From: Pirellulales bacterium
GTDB lineage: Bacteria > Planctomycetota > Planctomycetia > Pirellulales > PALSA-1355
Assembly (NCBI GenBank): GCA_963733035.1
Contig: CAVTBU010000003.1
Span: 15,012-79,011 of the forward strand
DNA: 64,000 bases
Reading direction: 5' to 3'
Shown: one piece after another, positions 8,044-17,699 of the stretch
Layout of the letters: each line of letters starts with the position of its first letter
Numbering within the stretch: position 1 is the stretch's first letter
Program-made: the position numbers and the translations under genes
The notes under the pieces: generated by a model
Database searches by the model: none
What the model was told of the DNA's origin: nothing
Seen by the model: only the letters and a program-made list of their open reading frames with translations

Positions 8044-9603
8044 ATGTACAAATTCCTGCTCTGTTGGCGCTATCTGCGAACGCGCTGGATCGCGCTGGCG
8101 AGCATCATCAGCGTCACGCTGGGCGTGGCCACGATGATCGTCGTCAACAGCGTGATGGCGGGCTTCTCGCGTGAAATGCAGGGACGCATTCACAGCATCC
8201 TCTCGGACGTGACGATCGAGAGCCACGGGGCGGAAGGGTTCTCCGATCCGGACGATCATATGCGGCGCATTCGCAAGGTTGCCGGCAAGTACATCGCCGG
8301 CATGAGTCCCACGCTCACCATCCCGGCCATGCTGTCGTTTCAGGTGAACGGAAATTGGCACCAGCGGCAGATCACGTTTATCGGCATCGATCCGGCCAGC
8401 TACGGCACGGTTGGCGACTTCAATCATTACTTGCAGCATCCCGCCAATCGCAAGGCGCTTGAGTTTGTGCTCCGCGACGGGGGATACGACGTTGTCGACC
8501 ACGACGGTGACGAAAAGTCGCTGCCGCGTCACCGGATGGACATCGCTGGCTGGCCGAACCGCCGCATGTGGGGCCAGTTTTATAACGACATGCAGGGTGA
8601 CCGACAGTCGATCGAGGAGGTCGAGACCGATCCTGTTTCGCTGGAATCGCCGCCCGAGGAGATTGAGGAATCGGGCTGGGTGTACGAGCGTGACGGACAA
8701 ATCGCCGAGGGTGTCGGCGCGGGCCGGGATTTCGATCCGACGAAGCAGACGCACACCGGCATCGTGATGGGGATGGCGCTGGCTTGTAATCGGATGCCGG
8801 ACGGCAGCGACTTCTTTTTTCTGCTGCCGGGCGATGACGTCGAAATCACGGTTCCCACGGCCGGCACGCCGCCGAAGGTCGTGCCGCAATTGTTTACGAT
8901 CGTCGACGTCTACGAGAGCAAGCTCAGCGAATACGACAGCAACTACGTCTTCGCGCCGCTCGAGGCCGTCCAGCAAATGCGCGAGATGATCGATCCGGCC
9001 ACGGGAATCGGCGCGGTCACTTCGATTCAGATCAAGCTCAGGCGCGAGGCGGACGGCGAACGGGTGCGCGACTTGTTGCGGGCCGAGTTTCCGGCGGGAC
9101 AGTATGCCGTGCAAACCTGGCGCAACAAACAGGGCCCGCTGCTGGCCGCCGTGAATCTGGAAACGGCGATCCTCAATGTGCTGTTGTTCATGATCATTGC
9201 CGTGGCCGGGTTTGGCATTCTGGCGATCTTTTACATGATCGTCGTGGAGAAGACGCGCGATATCGGCATTCTGAAATCGCTGGGTGCCCCGAGTCGCGGG
9301 ATCATGGGCGTGTTTCTGGCCTACGGACTGGGACTGGGGATCGTGGGGGCCGGCGCGGGAATGGTCTTGGGGCTGTTGTTCGTGGCCAACATCAACGGCA
9401 TTGCCGATGGGCTGGCAAGTCTCACCGGGCAACAGGTCTTCGACCCGACGGTGTATTACTTTCAGGAAATCCCCGCGATTGTGAAGCCACTGACGGTGAC
9501 TTGGATCGTGCTGGGGGCGATGCTTATCGCTGTGTTGGCCAGTGTGTTGCCGGCCCGTCGAGCGGCACGGATGCATCCGGTAGAAGCCTTACGCAATAAG
9601 TGA
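8044..9603 (+). CDS. LolC/E-type lipoprotein-releasing ABC permease, copy 1
   Basis: 'SVTLGVATMIVVNSVMAGF', MacB periplasmic domain, 'EKTRDIGILKSLGA', 'PARRAARMHPVEALR'. Confidence 0.92.
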   Translation: MYKFLLCWRYLRTRWIALASIISVTLGVATMIVVNSVMAGFSREMQGRIHSILSDVTIESHGAEGFSDPDDHMRRIRKVAGKYIAGMSPTLTIPAMLSFQVNGNWHQRQITFIGIDPASYGTVGDFNHYLQHPANRKALEFVLRDGGYDVVDHDGDEKSLPRHRMDIAGWPNRRMWGQFYNDMQGDRQSIEEVETDPVSLESPPEEIEESGWVYERDGQIAEGVGAGRDFDPTKQTHTGIVMGMALACNRMPDGSDFFFLLPGDDVEITVPTAGTPPKVVPQLFTIVDVYESKLSEYDSNYVFAPLEAVQQMREMIDPATGIGAVTSIQIKLRREADGERVRDLLRAEFPAGQYAVQTWRNKQGPLLAAVNLETAILNVLLFMIIAVAGFGILAIFYMIVVEKTRDIGILKSLGAPSRGIMGVFLAYGLGLGIVGAGAGMVLGLLFVANINGIADGLASLTGQQVFDPTVYYFQEIPAIVKPLTVTWIVLGAMLIAVLASVLPARRAARMHPVEALRNK

Positions 9604-9612
9604 CGGACCACG

Positions 9613-11198
9613 ATGTACAAGCTCTTTCTTTGCTGGCGATACTTGCGAACGCGCTGGATCGCGCTGGCCTCGATCGTTAGCGTGACGCTGGGCGTGGCCA
9701 CGATGATCGTCGTCAACAGTGTGATGGAGGGCTTTGCCGCGAGATGGAAGGCCGCGTTCACGGCATTCTTTCCGACGTGGTATTCGAGAGCCAGAATCTG
9801 GAGGGTTTTTATGACGCCGAAGCGCACATGGCGCGGATTCGCGAGATCGCCGGACCGTACATTGCCGGCATGACACCCACGGTGGCCGTGCCCGGGCAGC
9901 TACGGTTCGACGTCGACGGGCACGAACAGACGCGCCACGTGAGCTTCATCGGCGTCGACGAGAACACCTACGGCACCGTGAGCGATTTCAACCGCTACCT
10001 GCGGCATCCGCAAAATCGACAGCAGTTGAGCTTCGAGCTGCGCGACGGCGGCTACGATGCACCGGAAGGAGAAACCGTTGCGGCCGATTTGCGCTCCGCC
10101 GGTTGGCCCCGCCGTTGGCGCGATGCCGAGCGCAAGAAACAGCGGCAGCTCGCGGCGCCGGAAGCCAGCGCGGCCGAGACCGCAGCCGACCAGCAGCTGC
10201 CCCCCGAGACGATTGTGCGCGACGGCTGGAGCTACCATCGTTCGCGAGAATCGCTGGCAACCGTCGAGCGGAACGTGGCGGCCCCGGCGCCGAATAATCC
10301 TTTCGAAAAGTTCGAAACGCAGGGAGCCTTTGATCCAGCCCGCCAAACGCATACGGGCATCGTGTTGGGGATTGGCATCGCGCGCGTCGCGGCGGCGGAC
10401 GGGCAGAAATTCCTGGTGTTGCCGGGCGACGATGTAAAGGTCACGGTTCCTACAGCCGCCACGCCCCCCAAGCCGTCGAGCGATACGTTCACGGTCGTCG
10501 ATCTTTATGAAAGTCAGATGACGGAGTACGACGCCAATTTCATCTTCATGCCGATTCGGAAGTTGCAAGTGATGCGGGGCATGATCAATCCGACCAGCGA
10601 TGTGGGGCATGTGACGTCGATTCAAATCAAGCTGCACAACGAGGCCGACGGGGAGACAGTTCGCGACAAGCTGCGCGAGGCCTTTCCCGGTGGCGCCTAC
10701 GGAGTTTACACCTGGCGCGACAAGCAGGGGCCCCTGCTGGCCGCCGTGCACATGCAAACCGCCATTCTCAACGTGCTGTTGTTCCTGATCATCGCGGTGG
10801 CCGGCTTCGGCATCTTGGCGATCTTCTGCATGATCGTGGCCGAGAAGACACGCGACATCGGAATCCTCAAGTCGCTGGGCGCCTCGAGCGACGGCATCAT
10901 GGGCATCTTTGTCAGCTACGGACTGTCGCTCGGAATCGTCGGCTCGGGAGCGGGTCTGCTGATCGGCCTGCTATTCGTGGCCAATATCAATCGGATTGCC
11001 GACCTGCTGGCGCGCGTCACCGGGCGCGAAGTGTTTGACCCGTCGATTTACTATTTCCAGCAAATACCCACGATCGTCGAGCCGCTGACGGTGGCCTGGA
11101 TCGTGACCGGCGCGATGGCGATCGCAGTCGTGGCCAGCATTGTGCCGGCCCGTCGCGCGGCTCGCTTGCACCCCGTGGAGGCTTTACGCCATGAGTGA
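9613..11198 (+). CDS. LolC/E-type ABC permease, copy 2 (frameshift near 9740, probably a sequencing error)
   Basis: ORFs 9613-9873 and 9744-11198 join into a full paralogue of copy 1 if one C is added (GCC[C]GCGAG). Confidence 0.88.
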
Positions 11199-11988
11199 CT
11201 CCAGCCGTCGTCTCATTCAACCGCGCCGTCGTGACGAGCAGGCGGGACCGCACCTGTCGCTGGTGGGCGAGCAGGATACGCCTGCCGCACCCGCTGAAGT
11301 GCAATTGGCCGCCATCGGCTTGTGGAAGCGCTACCAGAAGGGACGCGTCGAGATTCCAGTATTGCGGGGGGTCGACCTGGAGATTCGCCGCGGCGAATTC
11401 GTTTCGATCATCGGGCAAAGCGGCTCGGGAAAAAGCACGCTGCTGCATCTGCTGGGCATGCTCGACGCTCCCGACGAAGGCGAAGTGTGCTTTCGTGGAC
11501 AACGGATCGACAACCTGCCGATGACTCGGCGCGACATGCTGCGGAACCGCGAGTTCGGCATGATCTTTCAATTTTACCACCTGCTGCCCGAATTGACCGC
11601 GCTTGAGAACGTGCTGTCGCCGCTGCTGATTTCCGAGGGAGTGTTCGGCTACTTCCGACATCGCAAACGGCACATAGCGCGAGCCACCCATCTGCTGGAG
11701 ATGGTCGGCCTGTCGCACCGCCTGAAGCATCGCCCGAGCGAACTGTCCGGCGGCGAAATGCAGCGGGCCGCGATTGCTCGGGCGCTGGCCGCCGAGCCCG
11801 AAGTGCTGTTGGCCGACGAGCCGACGGGTAACTTGGATAGCGACACGGGTCAGGAAATCTTGCGAATCCTGCGAACCTTGAACGACGAGCACAATGTCAC
11901 TATCATCATGGTAACGCACGACCGCAGCATCGCAGCCGAAGCGGATCGTACGCTGCGGCTGGCCGCGGGCCAGATGGAAGTCGTGTAG
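11191..11988 (+). CDS. lolD: lipoprotein-releasing ABC transporter ATP-binding protein
   Basis: GQSGSGKS, LolD motif '[19 protein letters not shown]', [13 protein letters not shown]. Confidence 0.9.
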   Translation: MSDSSRRLIQPRRRDEQAGPHLSLVGEQDTPAAPAEVQLAAIGLWKRYQKGRVEIPVLRGVDLEIRRGEFVSIIGQSGSGKSTLLHLLGMLDAPDEGEVCFRGQRIDNLPMTRRDMLRNREFGMIFQFYHLLPELTALENVLSPLLISEGVFGYFRHRKRHIARATHLLEMVGLSHRLKHRPSELSGGEMQRAAIARALAAEPEVLLADEPTGNLDSDTGQEILRILRTLNDEHNVTIIMVTHDRSIAAEADRTLRLAAGQMEVV

Positions 11989-12062
11989 CCAACCCTCTTT
12001 CGTACGCGGCTCGCATCCGTCATCCTGACGCTTCAAACGCGGGAACAGTCCCGGAGGTTCTC

Positions 12063-12983
12063 TTGTCGATCCATAGCCCTTCGTCCCGCCCGGATTCCGC
12101 CACGAGTGCCCGACCGGACAGCACCGCCGACTTCAAGATTTGGATCAACGGAACACTCTTTGCCAAGCAGGACGCCAAAGTCAGCGTCTATGACCACGGG
12201 TTGCTCTACGGCGACGGCGTGTTCGAGGGCCTGCGGAGCTATGGCGGCAAGGTGTTTCGGCTGGAGCAGCACCTCGAACGATTGTGGAATTCGGCCAAGG
12301 CCATCTTCCTCGAGATTCCGATTTCGCGGGCCGAGATGGGCAAAGCGATTAACGACACGCTCAAGGCCAACGGAATCGAAGACGGCTACATTCGTTTGAT
12401 CGTCACGCGCGGAGCCGGCACGCTTGGGCTCGACCCGAACCGGACCAGCAATCCGCAAGTGATCATCATCACCGATTTCATCGCGGTGTATCCCGAAGAG
12501 TTATACGCGGCCGGTTTGGAAATCATCACCGCCAGCTCGCAGCGGAACCATCCGGCGGCGCTTAGCCCTCGAATCAAGTCGCTCAACTATCTGAACAACA
12601 TCCTGGCCAAGATTGAGTGCACGCAGGCCGGTTGCATGGAAGCCCTGATGCTCAACCACAAAGGCGAAGTGGCCGAGTGCACGGCCGACAATATCTTTCT
12701 CGTCAAAGACGGCATCCTGCTCACGCCGCCTACCGACGCGGGCATTCTGGAAGGTATCACACGGGACGCCGTGATCGAGTTGGCTCGCCAGTCGGGCTAC
12801 GAAGTGCGCGAGGTATCGCTCACGCGGCACGACGTCTACATTGCCGACGAGGTGTTTTTGACCGGCACCGCGGTGGAAGTTATCGCCGTGGTACGGGTCG
12901 ATAGCCGCAAGATTGGCGACGGCGCTCCAGGCCCGATCACCAAGGAACTGAAAGAGAAGTTCCACAAACTGGCGCGGTCGTAG
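12063..12983 (+). CDS. ilvE: branched-chain amino acid aminotransferase
   Basis: 'DHGLLYGDGVFEG', 'IKSLNYLNN', 'LEGITR', 'EVFLTGT'. Start uncertain. Confidence 0.93.
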   Translation: MSIHSPSSRPDSATSARPDSTADFKIWINGTLFAKQDAKVSVYDHGLLYGDGVFEGLRSYGGKVFRLEQHLERLWNSAKAIFLEIPISRAEMGKAINDTLKANGIEDGYIRLIVTRGAGTLGLDPNRTSNPQVIIITDFIAVYPEELYAAGLEIITASSQRNHPAALSPRIKSLNYLNNILAKIECTQAGCMEALMLNHKGEVAECTADNIFLVKDGILLTPPTDAGILEGITRDAVIELARQSGYEVREVSLTRHDVYIADEVFLTGTAVEVIAVVRVDSRKIGDGAPGPITKELKEKFHKLARS

Positions 12984-13195
12984 GCAATGCCTACCGATTC
13001 GTTTAGCCCGGAGCCAACGGCGATGGCGTGTCCTGATTCCGCGACTGGATGGCAGGCAGGTCGCGATTGACTTCGTCCCGCCCGAATCGCGAAATCGATT
13101 TGCCATTTGCCCGCGACTGGCGACAATATCGGGGACACCACGCGCCGTCGCCGTTGGCTCCGGGCGAAACGTTGCATCTTTGGGAGAGCGCAATC

Positions 13196-14506
13196 ATGGA
13201 TCTTGGGCGAACTTTCCGGTTCGTGTGCTGTTTCGCTTTGGCACTTTCGATCGGTGGTACTTTGGCCGCGGACGAGTGGCCGCAGTGGCGGGGGCCGAAT
13301 CGGGACGGCGTGTGGCGCGAAACGGGGCTGTTGGATAAGTTTGCCGGCGACGAACTGAAGATCCAATGGCGGCAACCGATCGGCAGCGGCTATAGCGGAC
13401 CGACCGTGGCCGACGGCCGGGTGTTTGTCACCGACCGGCTCGTCGAACCCGAGCAAGTGGAACGGGTTCACTGCTTCGATTGGAAGACGGGCGAGCCGCA
13501 GTGGACCTATAGCTATGCCTGCCCTTATGTCAACGTGGGCTACACGGCCGGGCCGCGCGCGAGCGTCACCGTCGATGAAGGCCGTGCTTACGCGCTGGGG
13601 ACGATGGGCAACTTGTATTGTTTCGAGGTCGCCAGCGGCAAGCCGTTGTGGAACAAAGACCTGAACGCCCAGTACAAGATCCGCATGCCGATCTGGGGTA
13701 TCGCCGCTTCGCCGCTGGTGGATGGCGACCTGGTGATCGTGCAGATTGGCGGAGAGGAAGCGTGCCTGGTGGCCTTCGACAAGAAGACGGGGGACGAACG
13801 CTGGCGGGCTCTCGACGACAACGCTTCGTACTCGGCCCCCATCATCATTCAGCAGGCGGGCCGGCCGGTGATGGTTTGCTGGACCGGCGGGAGCATCGTC
13901 GGCATGAATGCCCAAACGGGCGAAGTGTATTGGCGGCAACCGTTCAAGCCGGCCAAGATGGTGATCAATATCGCGACGCCAGTGTTCGAGAAAGGCCGCT
14001 TGTTCTTCACCAGCTTTTACGACGGGTCGATCATGCTGGACGTCAATGACAAGCAGCTGGCCGTCAGCGAGCTGTGGAGTCGCCAGGGTCGAGACGAGCA
14101 GCATACCGACGGCCTGCACTCGATTATCAGCACTCCGTATCTCAAGGGCGACTATGTGTACGGCGTCGACAGCTACGGCGAATTTCGTTGTTTGGACGGC
14201 AAAACCGGCGAGCGAATTTGGGAAAGCCTGGAACCCACGCCCAAGTCGCGATGGAGCACGATCCACATGGTCGAGAACGCCGGCCGGATGTGGATGTTCA
14301 ACGAACGGGGCGAGTTGGTCATCGCCAGGATTTCGCCGTCGGGATACGAGGAAATCAGCCGGGCGAAACTGATCGAGCCAACGAGGGTTCAGCTCGGCCA
14401 ACGCGGCGGAGTCTGTTGGGCTCACCCGGCTTATGCACATCGGCACGTATTCGCCCGCAACGATAAGGAGATTGTTTGCGCGTCGTTGGCCGCTGGAGAA
14501 AATTAG
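13196..14506 (+). CDS. PQQ-binding-like (BamB-type) beta-propeller protein
   Basis: Signal peptide, 'DEWPQWRGPNRDG' and repeated 'TG..W' blades. Confidence 0.9.
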   Translation: MDLGRTFRFVCCFALALSIGGTLAADEWPQWRGPNRDGVWRETGLLDKFAGDELKIQWRQPIGSGYSGPTVADGRVFVTDRLVEPEQVERVHCFDWKTGEPQWTYSYACPYVNVGYTAGPRASVTVDEGRAYALGTMGNLYCFEVASGKPLWNKDLNAQYKIRMPIWGIAASPLVDGDLVIVQIGGEEACLVAFDKKTGDERWRALDDNASYSAPIIIQQAGRPVMVCWTGGSIVGMNAQTGEVYWRQPFKPAKMVINIATPVFEKGRLFFTSFYDGSIMLDVNDKQLAVSELWSRQGRDEQHTDGLHSIISTPYLKGDYVYGVDSYGEFRCLDGKTGERIWESLEPTPKSRWSTIHMVENAGRMWMFNERGELVIARISPSGYEEISRAKLIEPTRVQLGQRGGVCWAHPAYAHRHVFARNDKEIVCASLAAGEN

Positions 14507-14625
14507 GCGGTGTCAGTCGTGTGATAGCAGGGACATGACATCGACGAGCGTCTGGCAGCCCACTGTTTGGCGCGCTGTTAGCGGTAGAGCGATTTGAGCT
14601 CCTGGCAAAAAGTGCGATTTCTCAA

Positions 14626-14653
14626 TTGACGCCTTGTCCGGGTTCGTTACAAT
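14626..14653 (+). promoter_or_regulatory. putative sigma70 promoter for ispE-spoVG
   Basis: TTGACG-N16-TACAAT. Confidence 0.55.
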
Positions 14654-14761
14654 TCGACTCGGTTTAGCAGGCGCCGCGTCTTATTACGGGCGGTTTGTAT
14701 GTAATTTGCTCGCGGTCTTGAACTGAAAATCGCCGCGTCGCGCAAGCAGGGATCGCTTGTC

Positions 14762-15664
14762 ATGTACGTACACCGGCTAGCATCGAGCGTGGTAGTTCGA
14801 GCGCCGGCGAAGTTGAATCTCTTTTTCGAGGTGCTGGCTCGCCGAAGCGATGGCTACCATGAGATCGAAACGCTCATGGTTCCGATTGGCTTGTACGACA
14901 CGCTAACTGCGCGCGTCGAGCCTAGCGGAGCGGTGCATCTCGACTGTCGCTGGGCCAACGGTGGCTCCGGGAGCGATTCATTGGGCCAGTTGCCCGCGGC
15001 GGAAAACAATCTTGCTTTTCGCGCCGTTACGCTGTTGCGCCAGCATGCCGGAGTCGACCTCGGCATTTCGATGACACTGGCGAAGCGAATTCCCTCGGCG
15101 TCTGGCCTTGGAGGTGGTTCGAGCGACGCGGCCGCCGCGCTGTTGGCGGCCAACGAGGTTTGGAATCTTGGCTATTCGCGTCCGCAATTGGGGGAACTTG
15201 GCGCCAAGTTGGGTAGCGATGTGCCCTTTTTCCTGGGCCAAGGGGCCGCGGTTTGTCGCGGTCGCGGCGAACGGATTGAATCTCAGCGCGGGTTGACGCC
15301 GTTGCACGTCGTCGTCGTGCGTCCACCGGCCGGGTTGTCGACAGCGGAAGTCTATGGGAAGTGCGAAGTGGCCAATCAGCCGCGTCGCGTAGCACCGCTG
15401 TTGGCGGCGCTACAACAAGGCAACGTGCGGAACTTGAAAAAGCTGGTCTATAACCGGCTGCAACCAGCAGCCGAAATTTTGTGCCCGTGGGTCGAGCGAC
15501 TGCATCGCGAATTGGCCGGCCAGGATTGCCTGGCGAACCAGATGAGCGGCAGCGGGACAAGCTATTTTGGGATTTGCCGTCACGCTCGGCACGCACGGCG
15601 TGTCGCGGGACGATTGCATTCGCGGGGCGTGGGTCGAGTCTATGCCACTAGCACTTGCAATTAA
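14762..15664 (+). CDS. ispE: 4-diphosphocytidyl-2-C-methyl-D-erythritol kinase
   Basis: 'APAKLNL', 'DGYHEI', 'KRIP..GLGGGSSDAAA', 'LGSDVPFF', 'MSGSG'. Confidence 0.96.
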   Translation: MYVHRLASSVVVRAPAKLNLFFEVLARRSDGYHEIETLMVPIGLYDTLTARVEPSGAVHLDCRWANGGSGSDSLGQLPAAENNLAFRAVTLLRQHAGVDLGISMTLAKRIPSASGLGGGSSDAAAALLAANEVWNLGYSRPQLGELGAKLGSDVPFFLGQGAAVCRGRGERIESQRGLTPLHVVVVRPPAGLSTAEVYGKCEVANQPRRVAPLLAALQQGNVRNLKKLVYNRLQPAAEILCPWVERLHRELAGQDCLANQMSGSGTSYFGICRHARHARRVAGRLHSRGVGRVYATSTCN

Positions 15665-15688
15665 CGCCAGTTCGTAAGGAGAACGGCC

Positions 15689-16309
15689 GTGGAAATCACC
15701 GAGGTCCGCATTAAGCTCATGGAAGAGGCCAGCGAACGGTTGCAAGCCTTCTGCTCAATCACGTTCGACAATAGCTTCGTCATCCGCGATCTGAAAATCA
15801 TCGACGGCGTCAACGGTCCGTTCGTGGCGATGCCAAGTCGCAAACTCACGGCCCACTGCCCGCATTGCGGATGCAAGAATCACCTCCGCGCGGCGCATTG
15901 CAATCAATGTGGCGGGCGTTTGAGCGAGGACCGCTTGGTGAAGGATGAGGATGGGCGGGCCAAGCTGTATGCCGACATTGCGCACCCGATCAATTCTGCC
16001 TGCCGCGAAATGATTCAGGACCGCGTGATTACGGAGTTTCGATTGGAACTCGATCGGTCGAAGATGCCGGGCTACAAGTCGACTTACGACGACTACGACC
16101 ACGACGTGGACCTCCCGCCGCCCAGCAGGGAATCGCGCGAGCGGGAGGCTGCCCAGCGCAAGACGACGCACGTGCAACCGGCCGAACCACAGCCGCGCAG
16201 CCCGCACAAAAAGGCCGTGCCGCAGCCGCAAGCAGGCAACTCGGTCCCGCATTCCGCTCCTTCGCAGCAAGGCGCGAACCGCGACGGATTCGGGGCGGGA
16301 ATCTTTTAG
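15689..16309 (+). CDS. spoVG: SpoVG family protein with inserted Zn-ribbon and low-complexity tail
   Basis: '[26 protein letters not shown]' + CPHC..CNQC + 'DIAHPINS'. Confidence 0.92.
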   Translation: MEITEVRIKLMEEASERLQAFCSITFDNSFVIRDLKIIDGVNGPFVAMPSRKLTAHCPHCGCKNHLRAAHCNQCGGRLSEDRLVKDEDGRAKLYADIAHPINSACREMIQDRVITEFRLELDRSKMPGYKSTYDDYDHDVDLPPPSRESREREAAQRKTTHVQPAEPQPRSPHKKAVPQPQAGNSVPHSAPSQQGANRDGFGAGIF

Positions 16310-16540
16310 GCAGTTTTCGCGGCGGAAGCGATGATGCTCGTTTTTCCGACGCGGACCGGCCAATCCGCAATCTCGTCACAATCCGCGCGTACGAACGCAC
16401 GTCGAGGCTGCGTTGCCGAAACGCGACGCGATGCGTTTGCACATCACCGGGCATGAGGTATGGTTCCCTAGCCTGCCTTTCGCGCTTCCTTATGCGCGAA
16501 GCATGAACCCACCTTAACTTTCCTGCCCGGAGAGAGAACG

Positions 16541-16789
16541 ATGCGTAAACTACTGATTTTGACGGCCCTCGCGTTGTTGACGGCTGGCACGACCGGCTGC
16601 TTCCACAACAATTGCGGCACGGGTTGGCGGCCTGGCGGACTGTTCAGCAGTCGTCAGCCGACTCAGGCCCCGTACCAATGTTGCCAACCTGTTCAATGCT
16701 GCGATCCCTGCGCTGGTGCAACCATGGTTGGATCGCCGATGATGGCGGCTCCGATGGCCGCGCCGGTATCGGCACCCTGTTGCCCGTAA
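16541..16789 (+). CDS. small Cys/Pro-rich putative lipoprotein
   Basis: MRK + hydrophobic stretch + lipobox-like TTGC; CC pairs; GGAGAG RBS. Confidence 0.75.
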   Translation: MRKLLILTALALLTAGTTGCFHNNCGTGWRPGGLFSSRQPTQAPYQCCQPVQCCDPCAGATMVGSPMMAAPMAAPVSAPCCP

Positions 16790-16871
16790 CCGCGGCCAAG
16801 GAAGTTTTTGAAACCGGGCCTGCGAGCCCGGCGCGTTTCGCAGTCGCCAGCACGTTTGGAGACGGGGGCGG

Positions 16872-17663
16872 CTACGCGAAGTAACGCACGGCATTTTGAA
16901 ACACGCGCAACCCGTCGCCGGCCTCTCGTGCCGGCTGACGGGTCCAGCGTGGATGCTGCGTGAAATCGATATGACGCTCGGGATGCGGCATCAGTCCGCA
17001 GACCCTGCCCGTGACGTCGCACACGCCCGCCACGTCGGCCAGCGAGCCGTTGGGGTTCTCGGGATACGGGACCCGCGGTTCCATCCGCGCACTCTCGCCG
17101 ACCTTCGTGCCGTAGCGCAACACGAGCTGCCCGCCGGCATCGAGCTCGCCGAGCACTTGCTGGTCGCGCGGTACAAACTTTCCCTCGGCGTGGGCGATTG
17201 GCAGATACATTTGCTCGATGTTGCTGAAGAACACGCTCTTGCCGCCGCAGGTGACCAGCGGCACCCAACGGTCCTCGAATTTGCCAGAGTCGTTCCAAGT
17301 GAGCGTGGCCGGTGCTGAAGTGTCGTCTTGCAATGGCAACAGCACGCCGCTCTTGATCAACACTTGAAAACCGTTGCAGATTCCCAGGATCAACTTGCCG
17401 GCGGCGTGGAATTCGCGCAGGCAGCCAAACAGGTGGTGGCGGATCTGGTTTCCGAGAATGCGCCCGGCGGCCACGTCGTCGCCATAGCTGAAGCCCCCGG
17501 GCACGCAGAGGATCTGAAAATCGTTTACGAGCGCGGACGATTCGAGTAGCCGATTCACGTGCAACCGCTGGGCGAGTCCACCGGCGCGCTCGAAGGCGAA
17601 CGCGGTTTCCTCGTCGCAGTTCGTACCGGGGGCTCGCAAGATTAGCACGCGTGGTTGTGCCAT
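16872..17663 (-). CDS. purQ: phosphoribosylformylglycinamidine synthase subunit PurQ
   Basis: 'PGTNCD', 'PGGFSYGD', 'GICNGFQ', 'HAEG', 'MPHPER'. Confidence 0.96.
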   Translation of the reverse strand: MAQPRVLILRAPGTNCDEETAFAFERAGGLAQRLHVNRLLESSALVNDFQILCVPGGFSYGDDVAAGRILGNQIRHHLFGCLREFHAAGKLILGICNGFQVLIKSGVLLPLQDDTSAPATLTWNDSGKFEDRWVPLVTCGGKSVFFSNIEQMYLPIAHAEGKFVPRDQQVLGELDAGGQLVLRYGTKVGESARMEPRVPYPENPNGSLADVAGVCDVTGRVCGLMPHPERHIDFTQHPRWTRQPAREAGDGLRVFQNAVRYFA

Positions 17664-17699
17664 GAACGTCGACCAACAGTTCTTCGGGGTTTGCTGTGC

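Noticed and set aside
13015-13060. GGCGATGG resembling the start of a fluoride riboswitch
   Set aside because: No complementary CGCC stem or pseudoknot partner, and the downstream gene is unrelated.
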